A stretch of 64,000 bases of DNA from an uncultured Prevotellaceae bacterium (GTDB lineage Bacteria; Bacteroidota; Bacteroidia; Bacteroidales; Bacteroidaceae): NCBI GenBank assembly GCA_902769805.1, contig CACXQL010000001.1:7526-71525 (forward strand), read 5' to 3'. Below, piece by piece: positions 1 through 9,781 of this stretch (positions are counted from its first letter, which is position 1; every line of letters begins with the position of its first letter). A program made the translations under genes and the position numbers. Below the pieces are notes generated by a model. It worked only from the letters and a program-made list of their open reading frames with translations. It was not told where the DNA came from and did not search any database.

Positions 1-748
1 TCAAGTTAGGGTTCTTTGAATACTTTTCTTTTATTCCCCTAGACCACTCTGTTACATTCCAATTACCAATATATACTAACGGCATCCGTGCATCCTTGAA
101 TGCCTCTAACAGCATTTCGACATTATTATCAGACTGGATTCGTGCGATAGCCACTGCAAACTTATCAGTCAGGAAAGGATACTTTTCGAGTGCTTGTGGT
201 GTTATCTCTACTTTTTCTGCCTGGTCTCCTCCATATGCTATCACCTCACTGTCTCTGCGTCCATATTCTTCCACATAATAATCTTGCATTCCAACATTAT
301 CAGCCACGAGATGTGCACTGTTATTAACTGCACTTCTCATAAGTTGACGCATTACCCAGCGCATCAATCCACTATATTTATTACGTTTCCATTCTACACC
401 TCCTACGTTAAGATAGAATCTATCCCTGTGTTTTCTATAGAAAGGAAGAGTAAAACCTCCATTGGGTCCACACAGCAGTATTTTGTCTGCACCATTTGCT
501 AAAGCATGTTTTATTCCATAAGTATGAAATTTCCATGCCATTAAGCCACGTGCAGGATATTTTACCCATTCCAAATGCACTCCTTTGTACATCTTTGGAT
601 GCTCTTCATACTCGTCAGCAACGCAATACACGGTTACATCAAAATCTTCGGGCTTATATTCTGCCAGATATTCTGCTAATGTACAATATCCACCATACTT
701 GGCAGGAAGTCCATGAGCGCCTACAATTGCAAGTTTAATTTTATTCAT
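1..748 (-). CDS. GT4 glycosyltransferase with DUF1972-type N-terminus (WchF/Cps2T-like), runs off the window start
   Basis: Manual translation from ATG at 748: MNKIKLAIVGAHGLPAKYGGYCTLAEYL, matching the G-x-x-G-x-P-A-x-Y-G-G motif; absent from the ORF track because it is truncated. Confidence 0.8.
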   Translation of the reverse strand, partial: MNKIKLAIVGAHGLPAKYGGYCTLAEYLAEYKPEDFDVTVYCVADEYEEHPKMYKGVHLEWVKYPARGLMAWKFHTYGIKHALANGADKILLCGPNGGFTLPFYRKHRDRFYLNVGGVEWKRNKYSGLMRWVMRQLMRSAVNNSAHLVADNVGMQDYYVEEYGRRDSEVIAYGGDQAEKVEITPQALEKYPFLTDKFAVAIARIQSDNNVEMLLEAFKDARMPLVYIGNWNVTEWSRGIKEKYSKNPNL

Positions 749-781
749 AATTATAATCTATATATACCTTATAATAACTTT

Positions 782-1867
782 CTATTTATTAAATACAAAA
801 CTGATTTTGGGTAAAACCATATATTTAACTACATGGCAAAACACAACAGCAATCACTATTGTCAAAACACATGTTGTCCAATAAACCACGTATATGTTAT
901 TAATATAGTTTTCAATATGAAGAAATTGCACTGCCCGAAAACACATCATATGGCATAAATATATCTCCATACTGATACCACTAAGATACTTCACTACTCT
1001 ATTATTCAATATTTTACCAGATGTTCCAATTGCATAGCACAGCCACAACACTGTCACTAATGACATCACTATCACAAATAAAAAACCTTTATGAGTTAGG
1101 GGAACAAACCAATAAACAAAAACTAAACCCCATGCCATCAATAGTGATACTGTTTTATAGTTCTTAACAAAATCTTCGATTCTATCTTTATACAAGAAAA
1201 TACACCCCCCCCATAATAAAAAGGGTGCATCATATACAATATTGTGTCTTGTCAACTCAAAGTTAATAAACTTATCGGTCAAAAAATACGATATTGCTGC
1301 AAAGCTAAAGATGTAGCCAATAATGAGTGATTTCCATGCTCTTTTCTTATTGTCCATAAGAAAAACAAAATAAGGAAATAACATATAAAAAAGAAATATT
1401 ACGCCCAAGAACCAAGCAACTCCTATGCTAGGTTTTGGATTTGGTAATAGATTAAAGGCAAGAGTAAGCTCTGCAAAACTATCATATAGAGAATTTATAA
1501 AAGCATCTATTCCTGTAGCAACTTCTCCTGTCATCCTAGACAGTTCCACCTTGTTAGGCGCATGTGGTATCAATGTGTCAATAATAACCAATATAGCAAA
1601 GAACGGTAGGATTCTTTTATATCGCTTCATATAGAATTCATTAGGAGCTATCTCCATATTTTTCATCTTTTCATAATAGCCACAACTCACCGAAAAAGAG
1701 GATATTAATAAAAAAAGGTACACAAAGTTAGTCAATGAAGGAATAAATACATCATATATAAAATTACCTTCTGGTCTGACCTCTACACAAGCCTGAACGT
1801 GCATTATTAATATTCCAATTGCCGCCAGAGCTCTCAGTCCGTCAAGTGAGGAATAACGTTTATTCAT
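782..1867 (-). CDS. Acyltransferase family 3 (membrane O-acyltransferase)
   Basis: LDGLRALAA...H, KRYKRILP, WFL and SMEIYLCH motifs; many TM segments. Confidence 0.88.
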   Translation of the reverse strand: MNKRYSSLDGLRALAAIGILIMHVQACVEVRPEGNFIYDVFIPSLTNFVYLFLLISSFSVSCGYYEKMKNMEIAPNEFYMKRYKRILPFFAILVIIDTLIPHAPNKVELSRMTGEVATGIDAFINSLYDSFAELTLAFNLLPNPKPSIGVAWFLGVIFLFYMLFPYFVFLMDNKKRAWKSLIIGYIFSFAAISYFLTDKFINFELTRHNIVYDAPFLLWGGCIFLYKDRIEDFVKNYKTVSLLMAWGLVFVYWFVPLTHKGFLFVIVMSLVTVLWLCYAIGTSGKILNNRVVKYLSGISMEIYLCHMMCFRAVQFLHIENYINNIYVVYWTTCVLTIVIAVVFCHVVKYMVLPKISFVFNK

Positions 1868-2694
1868 TTTTTATATGCTTTATATAAATGATGCGGAACT
1901 CTATCTTTCTCTGGAGGCAATTGCATATAATTACCATAATTTAGTTTCAGGATTTCATCATAATATTTGGATATCCTAAACTTCTGCTGTTCAAAGTCTG
2001 TAAGAAAAGTGTCTTCTATCCACTCTTTTTTCATTACCTTTGTCTGCGGATCTTTGGGCCTTTCTCCCCAAGCGGCAATGCCAACATAACTACTATTAGT
2101 ATAATCCAGTCTTCTCAACTTTTCATTCAATCTGTGTGCAAAATACATTTTTCCCATTATTTTGGCATAAAGATAGACAAATATTTTTTTGAACTTTTTT
2201 AGTTTGCCCTTTGTCATTCCAAAAGAGAATCTTTTTCGTGTAGACAAAAAAATAAGAGATGGATAATCCATTGTATTTTTTATAACTGTCGCAGCATCCT
2301 CTTTCTTATTTCCCAAGCCATCAACTACATAAATATCAACAAAAGTTCCCAAACCATAATCATTTTCATTATTTACATCAAGATAATAATCCGTGTTAGT
2401 AATACGGGAGATTACATGAGGACACTTAGATTCTGTCTCCATATTAAGTAACTTTAATGGATACATCTCATTTTGGTGTGCTAAAAAATAGTCTATGAAC
2501 CGTTGGTATTCAGGGCGACTCATCATAATGTCAAGATCATCATCCCATGGAATAAAGCCTTTATGACGAATAGCCCCTAATAAAGTACCATAAGCAAGAG
2601 TATAGTTAATTCCTTGTTTTTCACATATCTCAGCTATTTTATTTAATATAGCAAGAGATGATAATTGAATTTCTCTTATATTCAGTTCTTTCAT
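1864..2694 (-). CDS. LicD family phosphotransferase
   Basis: YGTLLGAIRHKGFIPWDDDLDI signature; C-terminal YGNYMQLPP. Confidence 0.93.
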   Translation of the reverse strand: MKELNIREIQLSSLAILNKIAEICEKQGINYTLAYGTLLGAIRHKGFIPWDDDLDIMMSRPEYQRFIDYFLAHQNEMYPLKLLNMETESKCPHVISRITNTDYYLDVNNENDYGLGTFVDIYVVDGLGNKKEDAATVIKNTMDYPSLIFLSTRKRFSFGMTKGKLKKFKKIFVYLYAKIMGKMYFAHRLNEKLRRLDYTNSSYVGIAAWGERPKDPQTKVMKKEWIEDTFLTDFEQQKFRISKYYDEILKLNYGNYMQLPPEKDRVPHHLYKAYKK

Positions 2695-2723
2695 ATTACA
2701 TGAGATAAACTATATACTTATAC

Positions 2724-3545
2724 CTATTTTAACGAAATCCTACATGTCAATGGATAATGATCACTTAAATCCGTCTTCAATACTCGAACATCAGATATCT
2801 TAAGTCCCTTAACCATGATATTGTCCAAGGAGGACGATTTGCTTGGGAAGGTCACAATCGATCCATCATTTGCAAGAGTGTAACCTGCTTTCATGAATTT
2901 CGAGTAATTACTTGTATTCATATCTCCACAAATAATCACTCTTTTATATTGTTCACAAGCTTTTATAAGTTCATCTATTTGGTCTTGACGACTCCGGCTA
3001 TATTTATCTGTACCATTAATAAGATGGGTACAGATTAACAACACTTTTTCTCCATCAATTATTATTTCTGAAGAAACATAATAATACCAATCTATTCTTT
3101 TTATTTGAGCTTTTAATTCTTTATTAAAAGAATACGCTTTTTTCCTGGTATTATTTAGACCAATATTGGAAAATATAGCATTGCATATGTATCTGTTCTG
3201 TTTAAACACTCTATGAACATTATAGTTATCAAATATTGCATCTTCTGCTGTAGCAGTTCCAGAAATAGAGTCTATACAAAATTCACTTTCATATTCATTA
3301 AGACACAAGATATCGGCTTTAATAGAATTATAGACAAAAGATCTATATTCTTCTGTTTTTTTTGCACACTCCGATGGAGATATAAGTGAATAATCTTTCT
3401 TACCTTTCGAGAAATGCCCAATGTTCCAAGTTGCAAGTTTTATACTCTGTTTGTTTTCATTTAACCTTCTTTCATTTTGAGCATGACATACACCTGTCAT
3501 ACACAAAAATAAGATCAGGAGCTTAATTAACATTTTACTTTTCAT
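2724..3545 (-). CDS. Secreted endonuclease/exonuclease/phosphatase (EEP) domain protein
   Basis: TWNI, CLNE, CTHL, ICGDMN, LDNI and SDHYP motifs; signal peptide; start moved to the ATG at 3545 to avoid overlap with the upstream gene. Confidence 0.82.
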   Translation of the reverse strand: MKSKMLIKLLILFLCMTGVCHAQNERRLNENKQSIKLATWNIGHFSKGKKDYSLISPSECAKKTEEYRSFVYNSIKADILCLNEYESEFCIDSISGTATAEDAIFDNYNVHRVFKQNRYICNAIFSNIGLNNTRKKAYSFNKELKAQIKRIDWYYYVSSEIIIDGEKVLLICTHLINGTDKYSRSRQDQIDELIKACEQYKRVIICGDMNTSNYSKFMKAGYTLANDGSIVTFPSKSSSLDNIMVKGLKISDVRVLKTDLSDHYPLTCRISLK

Positions 3546-3549
3546 ATTC

Positions 3550-4698
3550 TCATTTCTTAGTTTTTGCAGCAATCTTTGCCTTTAGTTCTGATGAAGACAC
3601 TCCCTCTGTGCGTCCTAACACAACATGCTCTTTCCCATGAGACTCACACCATCGAATAGCAGACTGGAAACCACTGTGGATCTGATCTGGACCAGTTACA
3701 AAAATGTCAAAATCGACATCCTTAACAATATCGTCTACGCCTCCATAGACAATAACCTCGTCAACAAAACGTATAGACTTTACCAGGAACATACGATCCT
3801 CAGTAGAGTTCATCACTTTTGCCGCAGGCTTATATTTTAAAATCTCATCTCCATCTTGAACTGCCACTATCAAATAATCACCCAGCCCTTTTGCTCTTCG
3901 AAACAATTCAACATGTCCCTTATGAAGCAAGTCATAGACCCCCACAGTAAACACCCTCTTACCTTTTCTCGGTTTAGAGTACGACAGTTCTACTTCCTGA
4001 GGAATCGGACATCCCCGTTCACTACAGAGATCCTTAAACTTCTTGAAATCCGACTGGTGATATCGACGGATAAGTGGGTAATACAAACTATTAGGCAAAT
4101 ATAATTTTAGACAGAACCAAGATTTATTGATGATTCTTTCAAACAAATTCTTTTTAAAGTTAGTTGTCTGAATTGGTTTCACCCAGTCTCCATATTGGAA
4201 CGTCAAATATTCATCAAGATCCTCCGGAACTCTCAATTCAATCCCCTTAAAAGTCCAGTCAGTTGTATTCTGGATATATTTCTCATGGATAAAATCTCGC
4301 CCACCTGAGTGTCGAATATCAGGAGAAATTTTTCTAAAAACAAAGAAATTTGAATACTCTCCTTTCCTTTGAAGTGTATAGAGACCTCTACGTTCATATT
4401 TCACTAATTCAAAACCTTCCTCTCTCAACTTCCATAGCAAATCTTTAAAACGCTCTTCGTCCTCTTTAAGAAAATAAAGATCTATACCTTGCATCCAAGG
4501 TAAAAGGCAGTCATTTCTAACAATCCCAATTAATGTTCCAAAAGCAGGTCCCCAATTTAGACCTGTCTTATTAAAATATTGTGCAATAATTCTAAGATTT
4601 TCAATTGCAACAATATCGTTGAGCCTCTTTGTACCATCATTGTAGATAATATGCTGTCTAAACTCGATGAGACCTCGCGATGTCTTTATATGTGCCAT
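3550..4698 (-). CDS. LicD-like domain fused to C-terminal TagD-like cytidylyltransferase
   Basis: N-terminal FGTLIGIVR and YLTFQYGDW; C-terminal TVGVYDLLHKGH and RTEGVSSS. Confidence 0.85.
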   Translation of the reverse strand: MAHIKTSRGLIEFRQHIIYNDGTKRLNDIVAIENLRIIAQYFNKTGLNWGPAFGTLIGIVRNDCLLPWMQGIDLYFLKEDEERFKDLLWKLREEGFELVKYERRGLYTLQRKGEYSNFFVFRKISPDIRHSGGRDFIHEKYIQNTTDWTFKGIELRVPEDLDEYLTFQYGDWVKPIQTTNFKKNLFERIINKSWFCLKLYLPNSLYYPLIRRYHQSDFKKFKDLCSERGCPIPQEVELSYSKPRKGKRVFTVGVYDLLHKGHVELFRRAKGLGDYLIVAVQDGDEILKYKPAAKVMNSTEDRMFLVKSIRFVDEVIVYGGVDDIVKDVDFDIFVTGPDQIHSGFQSAIRWCESHGKEHVVLGRTEGVSSSELKAKIAAKTKK

Positions 4699-4703
4699 TC
4701 GTT

Positions 4704-5309
4704 TTACTTAAACCAAAATCTAAATCTAAAATCTGGAGTAAAAAAAGTCTTAGAAACAAACTTAGAAAGATTATACATAAATCTAACAAATCTGTCACTA
4801 TATGGACTTTTCCCTATCCACTTAACCATAGTCACAGAATAATACCCTCCCCCATTTCCAATCGGAGCAAGCTGAACGCGTTTATACCCCATTTTCTCGT
4901 TAATTTTTAAAATGGTCTTATTATGTTCTGCCGTGTTAAACTGAATCATATCGACTCCCATCTCCTTATCATATTTATCTCTTATTCTTTTTAGTCCAAG
5001 ATAAACATCGGTTCCACGATAACTGGGAAGAATTGCATCAAAACAATGATATGAGACTTTACCTTTTGCCCACCATTTCTTACTTTTTTTTAGGATTTTC
5101 AGACTTGCTGTACCGACTACTGTTTGATTATCTATTGCAACGAAACACTTACCATCTTGAAGTCTTTCAGCTATTATTGCACCTGTTAAATTTGAATTTA
5201 ACATTTCAAAGCCCCATTTCTTGTTCGTTTGATGAGATGCATGAATACATTCACATATATCCTCCCATGAAACCCATTCAGGTTTCTCCATAAACAGAAT
5301 CTTACCCAT
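4704..5309 (-). CDS. GNAT family N-acyltransferase
   Basis: CFVAID-x-VVGTAS, DAILPSYRGT, N-x-MGY motifs; paralog of 20575..21162. Confidence 0.78.
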   Translation of the reverse strand: MGKILFMEKPEWVSWEDICECIHASHQTNKKWGFEMLNSNLTGAIIAERLQDGKCFVAIDNQTVVGTASLKILKKSKKWWAKGKVSYHCFDAILPSYRGTDVYLGLKRIRDKYDKEMGVDMIQFNTAEHNKTILKINEKMGYKRVQLAPIGNGGGYYSVTMVKWIGKSPYSDRFVRFMYNLSKFVSKTFFTPDFRFRFWFK

Positions 5310-5325
5310 ATTCTCTATTTCGATT

Positions 5326-6384
5326 CTATAACGTTATCATCTTTGGTACCACCATTGGTTTCGTTTTCAGCAACATTGTACCCCAACTCAAGCCGAGTCC
5401 AAACGAAGAACCAAGGATTGTAGTAGGTTCTTTGCGCAATTTATCCGCTATTCTCGTCACCATCAGGGAGGGAATACTGGCACCACCAAGGTTTCCGAAC
5501 TCCTCTAAGTTATAGGGACATTTCTCCTGTGGCAATTTCAGTTTCTTCACCACTCTGTCCACGATCATCTTATTAGCCTGATGTATCAGGAAATAGTCAA
5601 TGTCCGTATTCCTGTTAATATTATAATCAACCATGAATTGCTCCACACTCTTGGGGGGACGATTGATGGCAAAAGAAAAGACGTTCATACCATTAATCAT
5701 CGTATGGATTGGAGCTCGAACAATGCCATTACCAAAGTCCTCGTACTCAAAACTCTCTGGTGTGGCTGGATGACGGAAGCCTCCATGAGGGGTCATCAAT
5801 GCCTCATAGCCCTTACCCAAGGTGTGGAAATCAATGATGATGTCATTGGCTGTTTCGTCATATTCCAATGCAAGTGCAGTTCCTCCGTCACCAAACAAAG
5901 GCACTCGGCTCTTGTCTTTCATCGATCCCATACGCAAAGCTGTATCACCAACAAGCACCAAGGCACGCTTGATCTGCCCTGTAGTCAGCAGATTACCTGC
6001 CACTGTGATGGCATACATACAGCCACAGCATCCCATAGGAATATCTACACAAAAACAATCCTCACTCAGTCCCATCCTGTATTGTAAGAGACAGGAGGTA
6101 GGTGGTGTGCGATAGTCACCTGTTACTGACTCAAAGATCAGTGCATTGATACTCTCCTTTTCCCAGCCGAGTTCTCCCAATAGTTTCTCACCAGCTGCCT
6201 GACACATATCTGAAGCACACATCGTATCAGGGGCGATATGACGGCTTTTGATGCCGACGGTCTTGTCAAAGACATCCGCCTCCTCTGGTGTAAACAGGTC
6301 TATCTCTGCCGTCTTCACCGTATGCTCCGGCACAGCCATTGCAACACCGGCGATATTCACATTTTTAATTTCCCAACGTGCCAC
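5326..6384 (-). CDS. 3-oxoacyl-ACP synthase III (FabH-like)
   Basis: Catalytic Cys region (MGCCG), HQAN, FGN, LFGDGG, FGLGLSWG; GTG start. Confidence 0.9.
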   Translation of the reverse strand: MARWEIKNVNIAGVAMAVPEHTVKTAEIDLFTPEEADVFDKTVGIKSRHIAPDTMCASDMCQAAGEKLLGELGWEKESINALIFESVTGDYRTPPTSCLLQYRMGLSEDCFCVDIPMGCCGCMYAITVAGNLLTTGQIKRALVLVGDTALRMGSMKDKSRVPLFGDGGTALALEYDETANDIIIDFHTLGKGYEALMTPHGGFRHPATPESFEYEDFGNGIVRAPIHTMINGMNVFSFAINRPPKSVEQFMVDYNINRNTDIDYFLIHQANKMIVDRVVKKLKLPQEKCPYNLEEFGNLGGASIPSLMVTRIADKLRKEPTTILGSSFGLGLSWGTMLLKTKPMVVPKMITL

Positions 6385-6426
6385 TTTGTATAATGTAAAA
6401 ATTAAAAAATGAAATAATGTAAAAAA

Positions 6427-6666
6427 CTATAGGATCACATCGTATTTGGCAAGGATTTCCTTACCCTTGGCGTACGAGGTCATCTCCATGATATCCTCTG
6501 GATCGAACATGATATCGAAGGCTTCCTCAAACTCGGCTATCAGACTCAGTTGATGGACAGAATCCCACTCGTCAACCGTTTCCTTACCATAATTGTCATT
6601 CAACTCCTCGGCTTTGGCACCGAATACTTGCACAAAGGCATTGTTGTACTTTTCTAAATTCTCCAT
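6427..6666 (-). CDS. Acyl carrier protein
   Basis: 79 aa, acidic, WDSV phosphopantetheine site. Confidence 0.88.
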   Translation of the reverse strand: MENLEKYNNAFVQVFGAKAEELNDNYGKETVDEWDSVHQLSLIAEFEEAFDIMFDPEDIMEMTSYAKGKEILAKYDVIL

Positions 6667-6700
6667 ATTATTTCTGATTATTATTTATTTCTTTATTATT

Positions 6701-6797
6701 TCACACAGATAACACAGATATCACAGAAAATTTCCTTTTATAGATGACAGACCATGGTCTGCTATTCTTTCCGTGTGTTCTGTGATTTCAGTGTGAC
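6701..6797. repeat. Short (97-bp) internally deleted copy of the GxxExxY-flanking repeat element
   Basis: Same left end (tcacacagat..cacagatatcacagaaa..tagatgacagaccatggtctgct) and right end (attctttccgtgt.ttctgtgatttcagtgtgac) as 8217-8426 and 8811-9018, lacking the ~110-bp centre. Confidence 0.92.
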
Positions 6798-6798
6798 C

Positions 6799-8205
6799 TT
6801 ACTTGTTTTTTAGTTTTGCATATAGAATCTTTCCCGCCTCGTTCTTCGGAATCTCATTGATGATTCTCACTTCGAAGGAAGAGGCGACAAGTTTTAACCT
6901 GCTCACGAGTTCTTCCTTCACTTGTTCTTTATAACTCTCACTGGTTAGATAGACCAGCATTTTCTCGTCAGTTCCTACACAAGCACATTCCAATCCCTGG
7001 AACTTACCTTTGATGATGCGCTCACACTCATCGAGTCCGACACGCATACCGAAGAGTTTCAGAAAACGTCCCATGCGACCGACGATGTAATAACAGCCGT
7101 CCTCATCGAAATAGGCAAGGTCACCTGTACGAATAAAACCATGACGCTCATCTCCTAATAGTAAGTCCTCACGACTACGAGCATAGCCCATCGTCACATT
7201 CTTACCTCGGTAGCACATCTCACCCTCCGTATTAGGTGTAGTGATGGGATTCCCGTCCATGTCAATCAATGAGAGTTCTGCATTAGGCACAGCGATTCCG
7301 ATACTGCCCACCTTCTCTATTGCCCACTTGGCTGGAAGCCATGCCATTCGTGCCGTACACTCCGACTGTCCGTAAGTAGCTATCCATTGTTTACCATTAT
7401 CGCGACAATACTCTGCAAACTTCAAATTCAGTTCCTTAGGCATCCGTCCCCCACCCTGTGTCAGAAGTGTCAGGTCTGGCAGGTCCATCCGGAAGAACCG
7501 CATCATGTTCAGTATCTCAAAACTATAGGGTACACCCGTAAAACTCGTAGCACGTTCTTCCTTAATGAACTTCCAGAAATTACGGTCGGTCATACTGAGG
7601 TTGGTGATCAGTACCGTCGCTCCCACATAGAAGTGGCTGAACACCATCGACAAGCCCATCGTATAATACAACGGAAGTACCATTAACGGACGGTCTTTCT
7701 CTGTCAGTTCAAAGAAGGTCGAGATATTCAGGGCTGCTGCCTCTATGTTGTCATACTTGTGGCGCACTAACTTCGGACTACCAGTAGAACCAGATGTTGG
7801 CAACAAATGCGAGAGTTCATTGTTCATGGGGCATGCCTCATTGCCAGTCTTCATCAGCGTATAGCCATAGAAAGAGCCAACTACTTCATAATCGTACTTA
7901 TCTGCTATCCCTGTTGGCACACAAACATACGGAGGCAGATACAAGTCAAACAGACTCGTATATAGACCTTCGTCTAAATGAGCATTGAGTATCAACGGAA
8001 CATTCCCTGCACAGATATTACCAATCGTCCAGGCAATACCACCCACATTATTCTCCACTAATAGGAAGAACAATGAACGATCCTGCATCAGGTGCTCTGC
8101 CTTCTCTGCAAAGTTTCTCAACTCACCGTATGTCAGTTGCTGACCCTGCGAGTCAATTGCTGCAACCGCCTCCTTCTTCCACTTATCTAAATTCAGAATC
8201 ATCAT
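6799..8205 (-). CDS. AMP-binding adenylation enzyme (acyl/aminoacyl-ACP ligase-like)
   Basis: PTSGSTGSPK, TYGQSE, RTGDLA, GR and PKNEAGK ANL-family motifs. Confidence 0.9.
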   Translation of the reverse strand: MMILNLDKWKKEAVAAIDSQGQQLTYGELRNFAEKAEHLMQDRSLFFLLVENNVGGIAWTIGNICAGNVPLILNAHLDEGLYTSLFDLYLPPYVCVPTGIADKYDYEVVGSFYGYTLMKTGNEACPMNNELSHLLPTSGSTGSPKLVRHKYDNIEAAALNISTFFELTEKDRPLMVLPLYYTMGLSMVFSHFYVGATVLITNLSMTDRNFWKFIKEERATSFTGVPYSFEILNMMRFFRMDLPDLTLLTQGGGRMPKELNLKFAEYCRDNGKQWIATYGQSECTARMAWLPAKWAIEKVGSIGIAVPNAELSLIDMDGNPITTPNTEGEMCYRGKNVTMGYARSREDLLLGDERHGFIRTGDLAYFDEDGCYYIVGRMGRFLKLFGMRVGLDECERIIKGKFQGLECACVGTDEKMLVYLTSESYKEQVKEELVSRLKLVASSFEVRIINEIPKNEAGKILYAKLKNK

Positions 8206-8216
8206 TCATTCTTATT

Positions 8217-8426
8217 TCACACAGATACCACAGATATCACAGAAATTTCTTTTTTTTATAGATGACAGACTATGGTCTTGCTTTACCTTCTCTGTAAAGG
8301 TTATATTTGTCGGAAGTATATTGAAAATACATTTTCATAAGTACTTCTGCCAAAGATAACTTATCATCTATAAAAAATATCTACGAAAAACTATTCTTTC
8401 CGTGTATTCTGTGATTTCAGTGTGAC
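8217..8426. repeat. ~210-bp repeat element with inverted nonamer-array ends (copy abutting the GxxExxY stop)
   Basis: Near-identical direct repeat of 8811-9018. Confidence 0.95.
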
Positions 8427-8797
8427 TAATTAACTATTCGTGTAATTGCATTAAGTATATTGTCCGTATTGAAATTCACAAGAAGTCCAACCCTTTTATC
8501 CAACAGTCGAAGATATGTAAGGAGTTGTTTACTAAACACCTTTTTCATCTCCTCTACAGATTTAAGCTCAACTATAACACTGTCTTCTACGAGAAGGTCA
8601 AGCCGAAGTTCTGTTTTCAACACATTATCTTTATACAGAATAGGTACTTGCTTCTGTCTTTCCACTTTGAGACCACGTTGTTCCAATTCAAAGACTAGTG
8701 CTTCCTCATAAACAGATTCAAGCAACCCAGGTCCCAGTGTCTTATATACATCATATATGGCTCCACGTATCTCATATGTAATCTCGTTTTCTGTCAT
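8426..8797 (-). CDS. GxxExxY protein (PD-(D/E)XK nuclease fold)
   Basis: GPGLLESVYEEAL, RLDLLVEDSVIVELKSV, QLLTYL and GLLVNF motifs; 123 aa. Confidence 0.95.
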   Translation of the reverse strand: MTENEITYEIRGAIYDVYKTLGPGLLESVYEEALVFELEQRGLKVERQKQVPILYKDNVLKTELRLDLLVEDSVIVELKSVEEMKKVFSKQLLTYLRLLDKRVGLLVNFNTDNILNAITRIVN

Positions 8798-8810
8798 TTA
8801 TCCATTAATC

Positions 8811-9018
8811 TCACACAGATACCACAGATATCACAGAAATTCCTTTTTTATAGATGACAGACCATGGTCTGCTTTACTTTCTCAGTAAAGGTTATATTTG
8901 TCGGAAGTATATTGAAAATACATTTTCATAAATACTTCTGCCAAAGATAACTTATCATCTATAAAAAAATATCTACGAAAAACTATTCTTTCCGTGTATT
9001 CTGTGATTTCAGTGTGAC
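8811..9018. repeat. ~208-bp repeat element with inverted nonamer-array ends (copy upstream of GxxExxY)
   Basis: Near-identical direct repeat of 8217-8426. Confidence 0.95.
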
Positions 9019-9021
9019 AAT

Positions 9022-9780
9022 TTAAATTGAGGCGCATCCGTTTACACCTAAGATCTCTCCAGAGATATAACTGGCTCTGTCGGAAGCCAAAAAAGCACAT
9101 GCATTGGCAACATCCTCAGGAGTACCAAGGCGGCCTAAACCAATGCGTGAAATACGCTGGTCTATCTTTGCCCCGTCACTCTCGTAAAGTTCGGCAAAAC
9201 GTTCTGTCTTTACGATACCTGGAGCCACCGCATTCACACGGATACCCTGCGGTGCCAATTCCTTGGCGGCAGACTTTGTGAAGGAGATGATAGCACCCTT
9301 CGTAGCAGAGTATGCCGACTGACCAGGGGAGCCTAATACCGCTGTCACTGAAGCGATGTTCACAATAGAACCACCACCTGTACGTGCCATCAGGCGTGAA
9401 CAGAGTTGTACCAGTTCTATGACGGCTATCACGTTGATGCGGAACATCAGTTCCGTCTCCTGCCGCACAATCATGCCAATCTTTTTGTTGAACACCACAC
9501 CTGCATTGTTCACCAAGGTGTCAATACGCTTCTCAGCCTTGAAGATGCTCATAAAAGTATTCTTCACCGCTGCTGCATCCGACACATCGAAATACATAGG
9601 GATGACACGGGTATTGTTTCGTTCTCCACATTCCTTTGCCCACTCGTCCATGGTGCCTTCACGCAAGTCACAAGCATACACTATGGCACCATCAGCAGCA
9701 AACTGTTCCGCGATGCCCTTGCCAATCCCCTGAGCAGCACCAGTAATGATGCACACTTTATCTTGAAGTAATCTCTCCAT
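9022..9780 (-). CDS. SDR oxidoreductase (FabG-like)
   Basis: TGAAQGIG, NNAG, YSATK, NAVAPG; start placed at MERLL (9780). Confidence 0.9.
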   Translation of the reverse strand: MERLLQDKVCIITGAAQGIGKGIAEQFAADGAIVYACDLREGTMDEWAKECGERNNTRVIPMYFDVSDAAAVKNTFMSIFKAEKRIDTLVNNAGVVFNKKIGMIVRQETELMFRINVIAVIELVQLCSRLMARTGGGSIVNIASVTAVLGSPGQSAYSATKGAIISFTKSAAKELAPQGIRVNAVAPGIVKTERFAELYESDGAKIDQRISRIGLGRLGTPEDVANACAFLASDRASYISGEILGVNGCASI

Positions 9781-9781
9781 A

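Noticed and set aside
8882-9100. 72-aa minus-strand ORF
   Set aside because: It lies mostly within the non-coding repeat element and overlaps the SDR 3' end in another frame.
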